NCBI GenBank assembly: GCA_963704165.1
Contig: CAVPHD010000011.1
Location: 175,731-239,730, forward strand
Length of the DNA: 64,000 nt
Reading direction: 5' to 3'
Origin: an uncultured delta proteobacterium
GTDB taxonomy: Bacteria; Myxococcota_A; UBA9160; SZUA-336
In this document: in pieces, positions 24,071-34,267 of the stretch
How the letters are laid out: every line of letters starts with the position of its first letter
Numbering within the stretch: the stretch's first letter is position 1
The notes under the pieces: generated by a model
Database searches by the model: none
What the model saw: the letters and a program-made list of their open reading frames with translations, nothing else
What the model was told of the DNA's origin: nothing
Translations under genes and position numbers: made by a program

Positions 24071-25484
24071 ATGCTGATCACGCGCGTCGAGATCGAAGGC
24101 CGGACACCACTCGACGTCCGGCTCGCGAATTCCCGCGTCGCCGAGATCGGTCGCGATCTCGGACGCGAACCCGGTGAGACATCGCTCGATGCAGCGGGTG
24201 GCGCGCTGCTCCCGGGTCTGCACGACCACCATCTGCATCTCTTCTCGCTCGCCGCGTCCGACGCCTCGGTTCGCTGCGGTCCACCCGAGGTGACCGACCT
24301 CGACGCGCTGGGGCGCGCGCTGCGCCGCGCGTCCGTCACCGGGGACGACGCGTGGATTCGCGGCATCGGCTACCACGAGTCGGTCGGTGGGGATCTCGAT
24401 CGCGATCGGCTCGATCGGTGGGTGGCGGATCGCCCGCTGCGGATTCAGCAGCGCACGGGCGCGCTCTGGATCGTCAACTCGCTCGGCGTCGAGCGGCTCG
24501 GACTCGAACGCGACGCGGGTCCACCCGGGATCGAACGCGATCCGTCGGGGCGGCCGACGGGAAGGCTCTTCCGGCTCGACGACTGGCTTCGCGAGAAGCT
24601 CGGGGATTCGCGTTGGCCGAGCCTTGCGCGAGTCAGTCGGCGCCTCGCGGCACGCGGCGTCACCGGGCTGACCGACGCGACCGCGACGAACTCCGCCGAG
24701 GCGCTTCGAGCCTTCACGCGCGCCGTCGAGGCCGGCGAGCTCCGGCAACGGCTCGTCGTGATGGGCGACGCGGATCTCCCTTCCTCGTCGCACCCGGCCA
24801 TCGAACGCGGCGCGCTGAAGCTCGTTCTCGACGAGCGCGAGCTCCCCGCTCTCGATCGACTGGTGATCGCGATCGGGGCCGCGCGCGACGCCGGACGATC
24901 GGTCGCGTTCCACTGCGTGACGCGAAGCGAGCTGGTCCTGGCGATCGGCGCGCTCACGTCCGCGGGTGCGCGCGCGGGCGATCGCATCGAGCACGCATCC
25001 GTCTGCCCGCCCGATGTGCTCGCGCTGCTCGCCGAGCCACCCGGTCACGGTCGTGACCCAACCCGGACTCGTCTTCGAGCGAGGCGACGTCTACCGCGTC
25101 GAGGTCGAGCCCGCCGATCGGCCGTGGCTGTACCGGCTGCGTGGATTCCTTTCGAATGGGGTGGCGCTCGGCGGCGGCACGGACGCGCCCTTCGGTGAAC
25201 CGGACCCGTGGCGGGCGATGCAGGCCGCGGTGGACCGCCGCACCCGGGACGGCGCGTCGCTCGGACCCGAGGAGCGACTCAGCCCCGAGCAGGCCGTCGC
25301 GATGTTCACCTCACCCGCGTCGGCACCGGGCGCGCCGCCGCGCCGGATCGAGGTCGGCGCACGGGCCGATCTCTGCCTGCTCGATCGTCCGTGGTCGGAG
25401 ACGCGAGTGGACCTCGCCGGGGCTCGCGTCCTCGCGACGTTTCTCGACGGCGTTCCGATCTACGGCGCCGGAGCGCGAGGCTGA
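24071..25484 (+). CDS. Amidohydrolase (Amidohydro_3 type); frameshift near 25040
   Basis: LLPGLHDHHLH, VAFHCV, DRIEHAS, then VVTQPG, GGTDAPF, ADLCLLD in a second frame. Confidence 0.82.
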
Positions 25485-25513
25485 TCCCCGGGACCCGGTG
25501 TCCCGAGCGGATG

Positions 25514-26291
25514 TCACGCGCGCGTCTTCGCCGCCGCGAGAAATGCCGGGCGCTCGCCGCCGCCGTGCAGCTCGAGCGTCGAGCCGGTCACGTAGCTCGC
25601 GAGCGGCGACGAGAGATAGAGGCAGGCGTCACCGACGTCCTCGGGCCGGCCGAGCCGGCCGAGCGGGACGGTCGCCGCGACCGCTTCGATGCCGCGGGCG
25701 TCGCCGTAGTGGAGATGCGCCTGCTCCGTCTCGATCATGCCGACGGTGATCGCGTTGACCCGCACCTTCGGCGCCCATTCCACCGCGAGCGTTCGGGTCA
25801 GGTTCAAGAGCCCCGCCTTGGCGGCGCCGTAGGCGGCCGTCCCGGGAGAGGGTCGCGTACCGCTGACGCTCGCGATGTTGATGATGCTGCCGCCCTCCTC
25901 CTGCTGCTGCATGACGGCGTTCACCTTCTGCGCGAAGTGGAGCGGCGCGATCAGGTTCAGCCGGATGATCGCCTCGGAGAACCGCGGCGATGCGGTGTCG
26001 GCCGCGGCGCTCGGCGATCCGCCGGCGTTGTTCACCAGCACGTCGATCCGGGCGAATCGCTCGAGCGAAGCGGCGATGACGCGATCGATCTCGTCGAGCT
26101 CGCGCACGTCGGCGCGCACGAAGAGCGCGCTCCGACCCTCGAACGACGGCAGCGCGTCGACCTCCTTGCGACCGCAGACGACGACGTCTCGCGTTGGCTT
26201 CGAGGAAGCGCCGCGCGATGCCGCGACCGATTCCGCGCGTCCCGCCGGTCACGATCACGACCCGGCCCTTCATGTCGAGTGAATCCGCCAC
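25514..26291 (-). CDS. SDR oxidoreductase (Rv3549c-like); frameshift near 26190
   Basis: TGGTRGIG, NNAGGSP, RPSPGTAAYGAAKAG, VEWAPKVRVN, LHGGGERPAFL. Confidence 0.85.
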
Positions 26292-26327
26292 GCTTCGCTC
26301 CCCGTCTGACTGTAGGCGTCGCCGCGA

Positions 26328-28352
26328 TCAGTCCGCCAGCGCTTCGGCCACCAGCTCCGCGATGTCCGCGGCCCGGATCGTTCCGGCGGGGTCGCGCGCA
26401 CGCAGGCCATCCTCGAACATCTGCAGGCAGAACGGGCACGAGACGGCGGCGGTCGAGGCTCCGCTGGCCTTCACGTCCTCGATTCGCGTGTAGTTGATGC
26501 GCGTCTCCGGCGCGTCGTCCATCCACGCGTATCCGCCCCCGGCCCCGCAGCAGCGCGAGCGCGACCGGCCCGGCTCGATCTCCCGCAGGGCTCCGGGCCG
26601 GGACACGCCGGCGACGACGTCGCGCGGCGGTTCGTACACATCATTGTGGCGGCCGAGGTAGCACGGGTCGTGGTACGTGACCGACTCGAGCTCCCTGCGG
26701 AGCCGGAGCCGGCCCTGCTTCATCAGCTCGTCGATCAGGACGCTGTGGTGCACGACCTCGTAGCGGCCGTCGAAGTCGGGGTACTCGTTGCGCAGGGTGT
26801 TGAAGCAGTGGGGACACGTCGTGATGATCTTGCGCACGCCGTAGCGTTCGAAGGTCTCGATGTTGGCGCGGGCGCAGGTCTGGAAGCTCAGCTCGCCGCC
26901 GACCCGCCGCGCGGGATCCCCGCTGCACGATTCCTCCGCTCCGAGCACCGCGAAGTCGACCCCGCCCGCCTTCAACACGCGCGCCGTCGCGCGGGTGACG
27001 GCGATGTTGCGATCGATCATGGCGCCGGTGCAGCCCACCCAGAACAGGTACTCCGCGCGGTCGCCGCGTCCGAAGACCTTCAGGTCGAGATCGGCGAACC
27101 AGTGCTCCCGGTCCCGTCCGGATCCCGCCCACGGGTGCATGCGTTCGTCCATGCCCCGCAGCATCTGCTGGACCGGATCGGGCATCTTCGCTTCGCTCAT
27201 GACCAGGTAGCGGCGCAGGTCGACGAGCTTCGGAACGTGCTCGATGAACACCGGGCACTCCGTCTGACACGCGCCGCAGGTCCGGCAACCCCAGACCTCG
27301 ACCTCGAGGACCGCCGGTGGCTCCGCGCCCGAGGCGCCATCCCCGAGAAGCGGAATCCCGTCGCCCGACCCGTCTCCGATCCGCTCGAGATGATTCTTGA
27401 GGTCGCGGATCAGCTTGCGCGGACTCAGCGGCACGCCGCTCGCGTGCGCCGGGCAGACCGATTCGCAGCGGCCGCAGTTGGTGCAGGAGTCGAGGTCGAG
27501 CAGATCCTTCCAGCTGAAGCCCTCGATGCGTCCGACGCCGAGCGAGACCTCGCTCTCCGGATCCGCATCGAGCGCGGCCTCGATGTCGAAGTGCTCGAGC
27601 TTTCCCGACGGTGCGAGATTGCGCGTGAAGACGTTGGCGAGTCCGAAGGCGATGTGGTCGAGCTTTCCGTAGGCGACCCAGCCGATGAAGCCGAACGCGG
27701 TCAGCGCGTGAAACCACCACATCCAGCGATGCAGCACGAGCAGGGTCGCGTCACCGAGCGGCTGCAGCGCCAGGGCGATCGCATGCCCGCCCGGCGACCA
27801 GAGCGCGAGCTCCGGCTGCTCGCGCAGCTCGCTGGCCGCGATTCGCAGCCCCTCGACGGCGAAGCCCTGCACGAAGACGAGCGCGAGCAAGGCCAGCGCG
27901 ATCCAGTCGTCGAGCACGGTGTGCAGGTGCGCGGGTCGGCTGAAGGCGCGCCGCCACGCGGCCATCGCGATTCCAACGAGCCCCGCGATTCCGAACAGGT
28001 CGGCGAAGAGCGAGTAGCCGAGGTAGAACGAGCCGCGCAGGAAGTGCACGCCGCTCCAGTCCTGAATCGAGATCAGCGACGTCGCGACGAGCTCTCCGCA
28101 GAACCCGTAGAAGATCAGCATGTGCGCCGTGCCCGCGACCGGATCGCGGAGCTGTCGGCGGCCGCTCAGCACCTGCACGACCAATCCACGCAGGCGCTCG
28201 ATCGGCCGGTCGTGGCGGTGCAGCGGCCGGCCGATCCGCCACAACCGCTGGCGACGGACGAGCCCGCGCACGAAGAGCGCGAGCGCCAGAAGCGCGAACG
28301 GATAGATCAGCGCCTCGCCGACGACGTTCCAGTAGATCTCACGCGTGGGCAA
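26328..28352 (-). CDS. Membrane-bound Fe-S oxidoreductase, FadF/EtfD-like (CCG domains)
   Basis: N-terminal TM helices; CTNCGRCESVCP and CRTCGACQTECP; TCPHC, HDPCYLGR, CCGAGG, SCPFC. Confidence 0.88.
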   Translation of the reverse strand: MPTREIYWNVVGEALIYPFALLALALFVRGLVRRQRLWRIGRPLHRHDRPIERLRGLVVQVLSGRRQLRDPVAGTAHMLIFYGFCGELVATSLISIQDWSGVHFLRGSFYLGYSLFADLFGIAGLVGIAMAAWRRAFSRPAHLHTVLDDWIALALLALVFVQGFAVEGLRIAASELREQPELALWSPGGHAIALALQPLGDATLLVLHRWMWWFHALTAFGFIGWVAYGKLDHIAFGLANVFTRNLAPSGKLEHFDIEAALDADPESEVSLGVGRIEGFSWKDLLDLDSCTNCGRCESVCPAHASGVPLSPRKLIRDLKNHLERIGDGSGDGIPLLGDGASGAEPPAVLEVEVWGCRTCGACQTECPVFIEHVPKLVDLRRYLVMSEAKMPDPVQQMLRGMDERMHPWAGSGRDREHWFADLDLKVFGRGDRAEYLFWVGCTGAMIDRNIAVTRATARVLKAGGVDFAVLGAEESCSGDPARRVGGELSFQTCARANIETFERYGVRKIITTCPHCFNTLRNEYPDFDGRYEVVHHSVLIDELMKQGRLRLRRELESVTYHDPCYLGRHNDVYEPPRDVVAGVSRPGALREIEPGRSRSRCCGAGGGYAWMDDAPETRINYTRIEDVKASGASTAAVSCPFCLQMFEDGLRARDPAGTIRAADIAELVAEALAD

Positions 28353-28394
28353 CGCGACTCCGTTCCTTCGCCCGAGCGGGCGGACGAGCTTCGG

Positions 28395-28422
28395 TTGACT
28401 TCGACTGACTCATGAGTAAGCT
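28395..28422 (+). promoter_or_regulatory. Candidate sigma70-type promoter TTGACT-N16-TAAGCT overlapped by the palindrome TGACTCATGAGTAA (28406-28419)
   Basis: AT-enriched stretch in the divergent fadF/coxG intergenic region; perfect core ACTCATGAGT. Confidence 0.5.
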
Positions 28423-28481
28423 AGGCCCGTGAGGGTACGGGATCCGGCCGACATCGACGAGCCCACCCGCGGCGGACCCTG

Positions 28482-29069
28482 ATGGCGATCACCCTGAAGG
28501 AGTCCTTCGAGGTCGGCGCCGCGATCGACGACGTCTGGCGCTTCATGCTCGATCCGCGCTCGGTCGCCGGCTGTCTCCCGGGCGCGACCCTCGAGGAGAC
28601 CGGCGACGAGCGCACGTTCGACGGGACCGTGAAGATCCGCGTCGGGGCGATCACGGCGAGCTACCGCGGACAGGTGCGGCTGACGCGCGTCGATCCGCAG
28701 ACGCACGAGGTCGAGATGCTCGCGGAGGGACGCGAGACCGGCGGCGGCACCGCGCGCGGCACCATCTCGAGTCGGCTTCGCGTCCGACCGGAGGGCGGTA
28801 CGGAAGTCCTGACCGAAGCGAACGTCGATCTCTCGGGCCGCATCGTGCAGGTCGGACGCGGAATGATCGAAGGCGTCGCGCGACAGCTCTTCGTCGAATT
28901 CTCGTCGCGCGTCCGCGAGCGCCTCGAGTCGAACCTTGCCGACGCACCCCCGTCGGAAGTCGCCGCCCCGCGCGACGATTCGGTTCGGATCCTCCCGCTG
29001 ATCCTGCGCGCGATCTGGGAGCGGATCGTCCGCCTGTTTCGGGGCGGTCCGCGGAGCGCAAAGAAATGA
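28482..29069 (+). CDS. CoxG-like SRPBCC protein
   Basis: VWRFMLDP..VAGCLPGA, VKIRVGAI...YRG, LSGRIVQVGRGMI. Confidence 0.85.
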   Translation: MAITLKESFEVGAAIDDVWRFMLDPRSVAGCLPGATLEETGDERTFDGTVKIRVGAITASYRGQVRLTRVDPQTHEVEMLAEGRETGGGTARGTISSRLRVRPEGGTEVLTEANVDLSGRIVQVGRGMIEGVARQLFVEFSSRVRERLESNLADAPPSEVAAPRDDSVRILPLILRAIWERIVRLFRGGPRSAKK

Positions 29070-30277
29070 ACGCCGCGCTCGGAGGTCTGGTCGTGATCGA
29101 CCTGACGACCGAGTTCTGGTCGTCGCTCGGCGCCGCGATGCTCGGCGACTTCGGCGCCGACGTGATCCGCATCGAGAGCGGACGCGAGCCGCTGGCCCCG
29201 CCACCCGATCCCGACGAACGAGCCTCGTGGAGCTATCGCCTCGAACTCGCCAACCGAAACAAGCGCAGCGTCGCGCTCGACCTCGCGCGCCCCGAGGGCC
29301 GCACGCTTCTGCGCGAGCTCATCGCGAAGGCGGACGTCTTCGTCTGCGATTGGCCGCGCGTGGACGTCGACGAAGGCGGCTGGGACTACGAGAACCTCGC
29401 GCGGACGAAGCCCGGCCTGATCTACGTTCGCGCGACCGGCTTCGGACCGGAGGGTCCCGACCGCGACCTTCCCGCGCTCGACGAGCTCGCCGCCGCGCGC
29501 ACCGGAATGATGCCGATCCTGCCGCAGCCCGGTCAGCCTCCCGTCCATTCGGGAAGCGGGCAGATGTACACGACGGTGATGCTCGCGTTCGGCGTTCTGA
29601 CGGCGCTGCACCACCGCGAGGAATCCGGCGAGGGTCAGCTCGTGGACGTCTCGCTCTACGCCGGAAACATGTACGGCGCCGCACTCGACATCCAGGCGTT
29701 CCTGGCCATGGGCGCGGCCGCGGGCGAGCGCTTGCTGCATCCGGTTTCGCGCCACGACTCCGGCAATCCGATGAGCGGAAGCAGCATGCTCTATCCGACG
29801 CGCGACGGGCGCTGGCTCACGCTGACCATGCCCGACACCGATCGCTGGTGGCCGGGACTCGCCGCCGCGGTCGGCCTCGATCCGAAGGATCCGCGCTTCG
29901 ACAGTCACGAGAAGCGCTGCGAGCAGAACCGTCTCGAACTGATCCACGTGCTCGAGCAGGCGTTCCTGCAGCACGACGGCGATCACTGGCGCGCGGCCTT
30001 CGCCGAGCACCAGCTATCGGCCGACGTGATCGAGGACTACGCGTTCCCCGCCGACGATCCCCAGGCCGAGCGCAATCGCTACATCCTGAACCTCTGCGAC
30101 CCGAGCCTCGGCGCCGTTCAGACGCTGGGGTTTCCGATCTTCATGAGCGAGACGCCGGCGCGCCTTGCCCGGAGCGCGCCCTGCGCCGGACAACACGGCG
30201 CCGAGATCCTCCACGACCTGCTCGGCTACACCGAAGAGCGTATCGTCGAGCTGGCGTCCAGCGGAATTCTCGGCTGA
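29066..30277 (+). CDS. Family III CoA transferase subunit (Asp position is Gln)
   Basis: LGDFGADVIRIE, NRNKRSVALDL, TGFGPEGP, HSGSGQMYTT. Confidence 0.85.
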   Translation: MNAALGGLVVIDLTTEFWSSLGAAMLGDFGADVIRIESGREPLAPPPDPDERASWSYRLELANRNKRSVALDLARPEGRTLLRELIAKADVFVCDWPRVDVDEGGWDYENLARTKPGLIYVRATGFGPEGPDRDLPALDELAAARTGMMPILPQPGQPPVHSGSGQMYTTVMLAFGVLTALHHREESGEGQLVDVSLYAGNMYGAALDIQAFLAMGAAAGERLLHPVSRHDSGNPMSGSSMLYPTRDGRWLTLTMPDTDRWWPGLAAAVGLDPKDPRFDSHEKRCEQNRLELIHVLEQAFLQHDGDHWRAAFAEHQLSADVIEDYAFPADDPQAERNRYILNLCDPSLGAVQTLGFPIFMSETPARLARSAPCAGQHGAEILHDLLGYTEERIVELASSGILG

Positions 30278-30298
30278 GAGGACAAGGACGGGACCCCG

Positions 30299-31510
30299 AT
30301 GGCCACAGCGCTCGACGGAATTCGCGTCATCGACCTCACGGTCTGGTTCCAGGGGCCGGTCGCCGCGCAGCACCTCGCGGACTTCGGCGCGGAAGTGATC
30401 AAGGTCGAGCGCCCGCAGGGCGGCGATCAGGGGCGCGGGGTCCGCAGCATCAAGGCCGTGCCCGTCGGCGACTGGAACCAGTACTTCCTCGTGATCAACC
30501 GCAACAAGAAGAGCCTCGCGCTCGATCTGAAGAAGCCCGCGGGACGCGAGATCCTGTACCGCCTGGTCGAGGAGTCCGACGTCTTCCTGACCAATCTGGG
30601 CGCGGAGAACCTCGCGAGCTGGGATTTGTCGTACGAGAAGCTCCACTCGATCAACCCGCGCCTCGTCTACGCGACGAATAGCGGCTACGGACCGTTCGGC
30701 GGCATCGACAAGCCCTCCTTCGACATGACGGTGCAGGCGTTGACCGGTCTGATGGCCCGACTCGGCGAGCCGGGCGAGCCGCCGATCTACCTCGGCATGG
30801 GATCGGGCGACTCGATCGGCGGACTGATGGCGGCGCTCGGGATCCTGCTCGCGCTTCACCATCGCCGACGCACGGGGCGGGGACAGCGCCTGGACGCCTC
30901 TTTGTACGGCGCTCAGCTCTTCCTCGCCGCACCGAGCCTGCAGGCGTATCTGGCGACGCGAAGCGCTCGCCATTCACGACAGCGCTCGCGAATGGACGCG
31001 ACCCATCCGCTCTGGAATCGCTACCCGACGCGCGACGGCTGGATCTTCCTGTGCATGCGGGAGAGCGACGAGAACTGGCGACGTGTCTGCGAGGGGCTCG
31101 AGGATCCGGAGCTCGAACGCGAGCCGCGCTTCGAGAACTCGGAGCTTCGAAGCCGGAACGCACGCGCGTTGGTCGAGCGCCTCGACGAATCGCTTCGCCG
31201 ACGCACGTCGGCCCAGTGGATGGAGCGCTTCCGCCGGCTCGACATCGTCGCGAGCCCGATCGGGAACCTGGCCGACGTCACGTCGGACCCGCAAGCGTGG
31301 GCCAACGACTATTTCATGGAGAGTTACTGCGAAGAGGTGAAGCGGGACGTGAAGATCCGCGGCCTGCCAGTGGGGCTCGGACGAACGCCCGGAACGGTGC
31401 GCGCGCTGGGACCGGAGCTCGGTCAGGACACCGAGCTGATCCTGACCGAAACACTCGGCTACACCTGGGACCAGGTCGACGAGTTCAAGGCGAAGGGAGC
31501 GATCCCGTGA
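30299..31510 (+). CDS. Family III CoA transferase
   Basis: LDGIRVIDL...QGP, NRNKKSLALDL, GMGSGDSIGG. Confidence 0.9.
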   Translation: MATALDGIRVIDLTVWFQGPVAAQHLADFGAEVIKVERPQGGDQGRGVRSIKAVPVGDWNQYFLVINRNKKSLALDLKKPAGREILYRLVEESDVFLTNLGAENLASWDLSYEKLHSINPRLVYATNSGYGPFGGIDKPSFDMTVQALTGLMARLGEPGEPPIYLGMGSGDSIGGLMAALGILLALHHRRRTGRGQRLDASLYGAQLFLAAPSLQAYLATRSARHSRQRSRMDATHPLWNRYPTRDGWIFLCMRESDENWRRVCEGLEDPELEREPRFENSELRSRNARALVERLDESLRRRTSAQWMERFRRLDIVASPIGNLADVTSDPQAWANDYFMESYCEEVKRDVKIRGLPVGLGRTPGTVRALGPELGQDTELILTETLGYTWDQVDEFKAKGAIP

Positions 31511-32748
31511 GTCCCAGCGCCCGCGGACCTCTCGATGGAATTCGCGTGCTGGATCTCGCGACGATGCTCGCCGGTCCGTACGGCGCGACCCTGCTCGGCG
31601 ATCTCGGCGCCGACGTGATCAAGGTCGAGTCGCACTTCGGAGACGACAGCCGGCATCTCGGTCCCGAGCGCGACGGGGAGCGCACCGCGTTCCTCAGCCT
31701 GAACCGGAACAAGCGCGGCGTCGTGCTCGACCTGCGTCGCGAGAGCGCGCGGCGCGCGTTCGAACGTCTGCTGCGGACCACCGACATCCTGATCACCAAC
31801 GTCCGCGAGCCCGCGCTCTCGCGCCTGGGACTCGACTACGCACAGGTGTGTCAGCACCGGCCGGACGTCATCTGGATCGGCGTCACCGCATTCGGAGCGG
31901 ACGGCCCCTATGCCGGACGGCCGGGAATCGACTTCCTCGCGCAGGGCTTCGCCGGGCTGCTCGCGCTGAATGGCGATCCCGACGGCGACCCCGTGCGCGT
32001 GACCGTTCCGCTGGTCGACGTGATGACGTCGCTCCTGGTCTCGTCGTCCGCGCTCGCCGCCCTGCACTCGCGCTCGGCGACGGGCCGAGGTCAGCGCATC
32101 GACCTGTCGCTCCTCGACGCGCTGGTGCACGCGCAGACGAGCGCGATCGGCGCGTATCTGGTGGCCGGCGAAGTCGCGCCGCGAACCGGGAATCGCAGCC
32201 AGTACTTCGCGCCCTCCGGCATCTACACCTGCGCCGACGGCGAGCGCGTGGTGATCACCTGCCCCTCGGAGAAGTTCTTCCGAAAGCTCTGCGATTCGCT
32301 CGACGTCGACTGGGTCGCCGACCCGCGCTTCGCGAACATCGAGCGCAGGCTCGAGAACGTCGAGGCTCTCGACGCGCTGCTGCAGGAGCGCTGCGGGAGC
32401 CTGCCGCGCGCCGCGCTGATCGAGCGGCTGGTCGCCGGCGACGTGCTGACGGCTCCGGTGAACGAGCTTCCCGACGTCGTGCAGGATCCGCAGATCCGCC
32501 ACAACGGCATGATCGCCCGCGTCGAGCACGCGCGCCTCGGGCCGATCGAGATCGTGGGCACGCCGCTGCACCTGCAGGGAACGCCCGCCTCGGTCCGCCG
32601 CGCGCCTCCGCTGCACGGCCAGCACACCGTGGAGCTGCTCCTCGAGCTCGGCTATTCGGTGACGGAGATCGAGGATCTCGTCCGCGACGGCGCGGCGGCG
32701 ACCGATCTCGACACCGCAAAGGCCGCGCGAGGCGAACGGAACGAGTAG
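31507..32748 (+). CDS. Family III CoA transferase
   Basis: LDGIRVLDL..MLAGP, NRNKRG, PLVDVMTS. Confidence 0.9.
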   Translation: MSPSARGPLDGIRVLDLATMLAGPYGATLLGDLGADVIKVESHFGDDSRHLGPERDGERTAFLSLNRNKRGVVLDLRRESARRAFERLLRTTDILITNVREPALSRLGLDYAQVCQHRPDVIWIGVTAFGADGPYAGRPGIDFLAQGFAGLLALNGDPDGDPVRVTVPLVDVMTSLLVSSSALAALHSRSATGRGQRIDLSLLDALVHAQTSAIGAYLVAGEVAPRTGNRSQYFAPSGIYTCADGERVVITCPSEKFFRKLCDSLDVDWVADPRFANIERRLENVEALDALLQERCGSLPRAALIERLVAGDVLTAPVNELPDVVQDPQIRHNGMIARVEHARLGPIEIVGTPLHLQGTPASVRRAPPLHGQHTVELLLELGYSVTEIEDLVRDGAAATDLDTAKAARGERNE

Positions 32749-32762
32749 CGCCGGGGCGCGCG

Positions 32763-33650
32763 TCAGTCCTCGGAGCTGCCCTCGTCGTATTCCTTCGCGA
32801 GCTTGCGTCGCAGCTCGCTCTCGCGCTCGCGCAGGCTCCAGAAGCGCGGCGGGCGACGCTGCGAGAAGGCCGCCCCCCCTTCCCTTCCCTCGGGCTGGTC
32901 GAACCAATCGGGATAGAGCTGGCTCGAGATCACGCCCATCTCGGCGTACCCGTCCATCTGCTGGTCGAACGCCGCCTTCAGGACTTCGAGGCAGCCGGGG
33001 CTGGCCAGAAGCAGATCCTCGCACCACGCATCGACGGCCTCGTCGAGCCGCGCGCGCGGAACGACACGGTTCACGAGTCCCATCTGCAGGGCCTCGTGCG
33101 CGGTGTAGCGCCGGCACAGCATCCACATCTCCCGCGCGCGCTTGGCCCCGACGACGTTCACCAGATAGGGAACGAAGAAGCCGTCCGCGGGGCTCGAGAC
33201 GCGCGGACCCGCCTGACCGAAGATCGCGTCCTCGGCGGCGATCGTGAAGTCGCAGCAGTACGCCATGTGATTGTGCCCGCCGAGGCAATAGCCCTGCACG
33301 ACGGCGATCACGGGCTTTCGCGACAGCCGGATCAGACGGTTGTGCGGATAGCGGTTGTAGAACGCCTCGCGCAGCCCCCACTTCTCCCACTCGACGTCGC
33401 CGCCCGTGCCGAAGTGATCACCGCTGCCCGCGACGATCAGCACGCCGATCGCGGCATCGTGGTTCGCGTCGTAGAACGCGCGGAACATCTCGTCGACGGT
33501 TCGGAGCGTCATCACGTTGAGCTTGTCGGGCTTGTCGATGGTGATGCGCGCCATGCCACCCTGAAGCGTGGCGTGAATCCGCTTCTCGTACCGGATCTCC
33601 TCGAAATCGAGACCCGCGCCTTCGACCCGCCGCCACTCGCCAAAGCTCAT
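32763..33650 (-). CDS. Crotonase-fold, MenB/BadI-like beta-oxoacyl-CoA hydrolase
   Basis: FEEIRYEK, FGTGGD, RKPVIAVVQGYCLGG, FGQAGPRVSSP, GAKRAREMWMLCRRY. Confidence 0.8.
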   Translation of the reverse strand: MSFGEWRRVEGAGLDFEEIRYEKRIHATLQGGMARITIDKPDKLNVMTLRTVDEMFRAFYDANHDAAIGVLIVAGSGDHFGTGGDVEWEKWGLREAFYNRYPHNRLIRLSRKPVIAVVQGYCLGGHNHMAYCCDFTIAAEDAIFGQAGPRVSSPADGFFVPYLVNVVGAKRAREMWMLCRRYTAHEALQMGLVNRVVPRARLDEAVDAWCEDLLLASPGCLEVLKAAFDQQMDGYAEMGVISSQLYPDWFDQPEGREGGAAFSQRRPPRFWSLRERESELRRKLAKEYDEGSSED

Positions 33651-33679
33651 GCTCGTGCGCCTCCGTTCGTCGCTGATCT

Positions 33680-34108
33680 CTAGAGTGAACCGACGACCCG
33701 GCCGGCGTCGCGAATCAGGTCGGTGAGCGCCGTCCCGCCCAGCCTGCGAAACGCGTCCGGAAGCTCGCCCTCCAGCCCCAAGAACTCGGTCCAGACGGGG
33801 CACGCGTAGATCACGACGCCCGCGCGTTCGGCGAGCGCGAACAGTCCCTTCGCATCGAGCTGACGTCCGACACCGCGCCCGAGCAGCGGCAGGCCCGCGC
33901 GCGAAGCGCGCTCGGCGATGCCGAGACGCACGGCCTGACCCGAGAGCTCGCGGGGCCAGTCGAACGTCCCCCGCACGGCCGCGGCGAGCGCTTCCTGCGT
34001 CAGGAGCACGCCGACCTCCTGCCCCGCCTCCCGCGCGCGGATCGCCGTGAGCAGGTTTCCGGCGAGCGAGCTCGCGAGCGCATCGCGGATGATCAGCAGC
34101 AGATCCAT
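33680..34108 (-). CDS. DsrE/DsrF-like small protein
   Basis: A...GQEVGVLLTQEAL and GVVIYACPVW pattern; 142 aa. Confidence 0.55.
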   Translation of the reverse strand: MDLLLIIRDALASSLAGNLLTAIRAREAGQEVGVLLTQEALAAAVRGTFDWPRELSGQAVRLGIAERASRAGLPLLGRGVGRQLDAKGLFALAERAGVVIYACPVWTEFLGLEGELPDAFRRLGGTALTDLIRDAGRVVGSL

Positions 34109-34267
34109 CGTCCCTCTCGATTCGCGCAGACCGACTCCGCACGAGAAGACGCGAACCGATGCTCTTCGTCAAGCGACCCCGCCGCGCGGTGCCATGCGGT
34201 AGAATCGGCACGTCGGGATGCTCCCGCACTCTGACGCAACGTTCCGGAAGTCCCGACGAGGCTGCGC

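Noticed and set aside
25489..25505. CGGGAC/GTCCCG hairpin between convergent genes
   Set aside because: A 6-bp GC-rich stem with no U-tract is too weak to call
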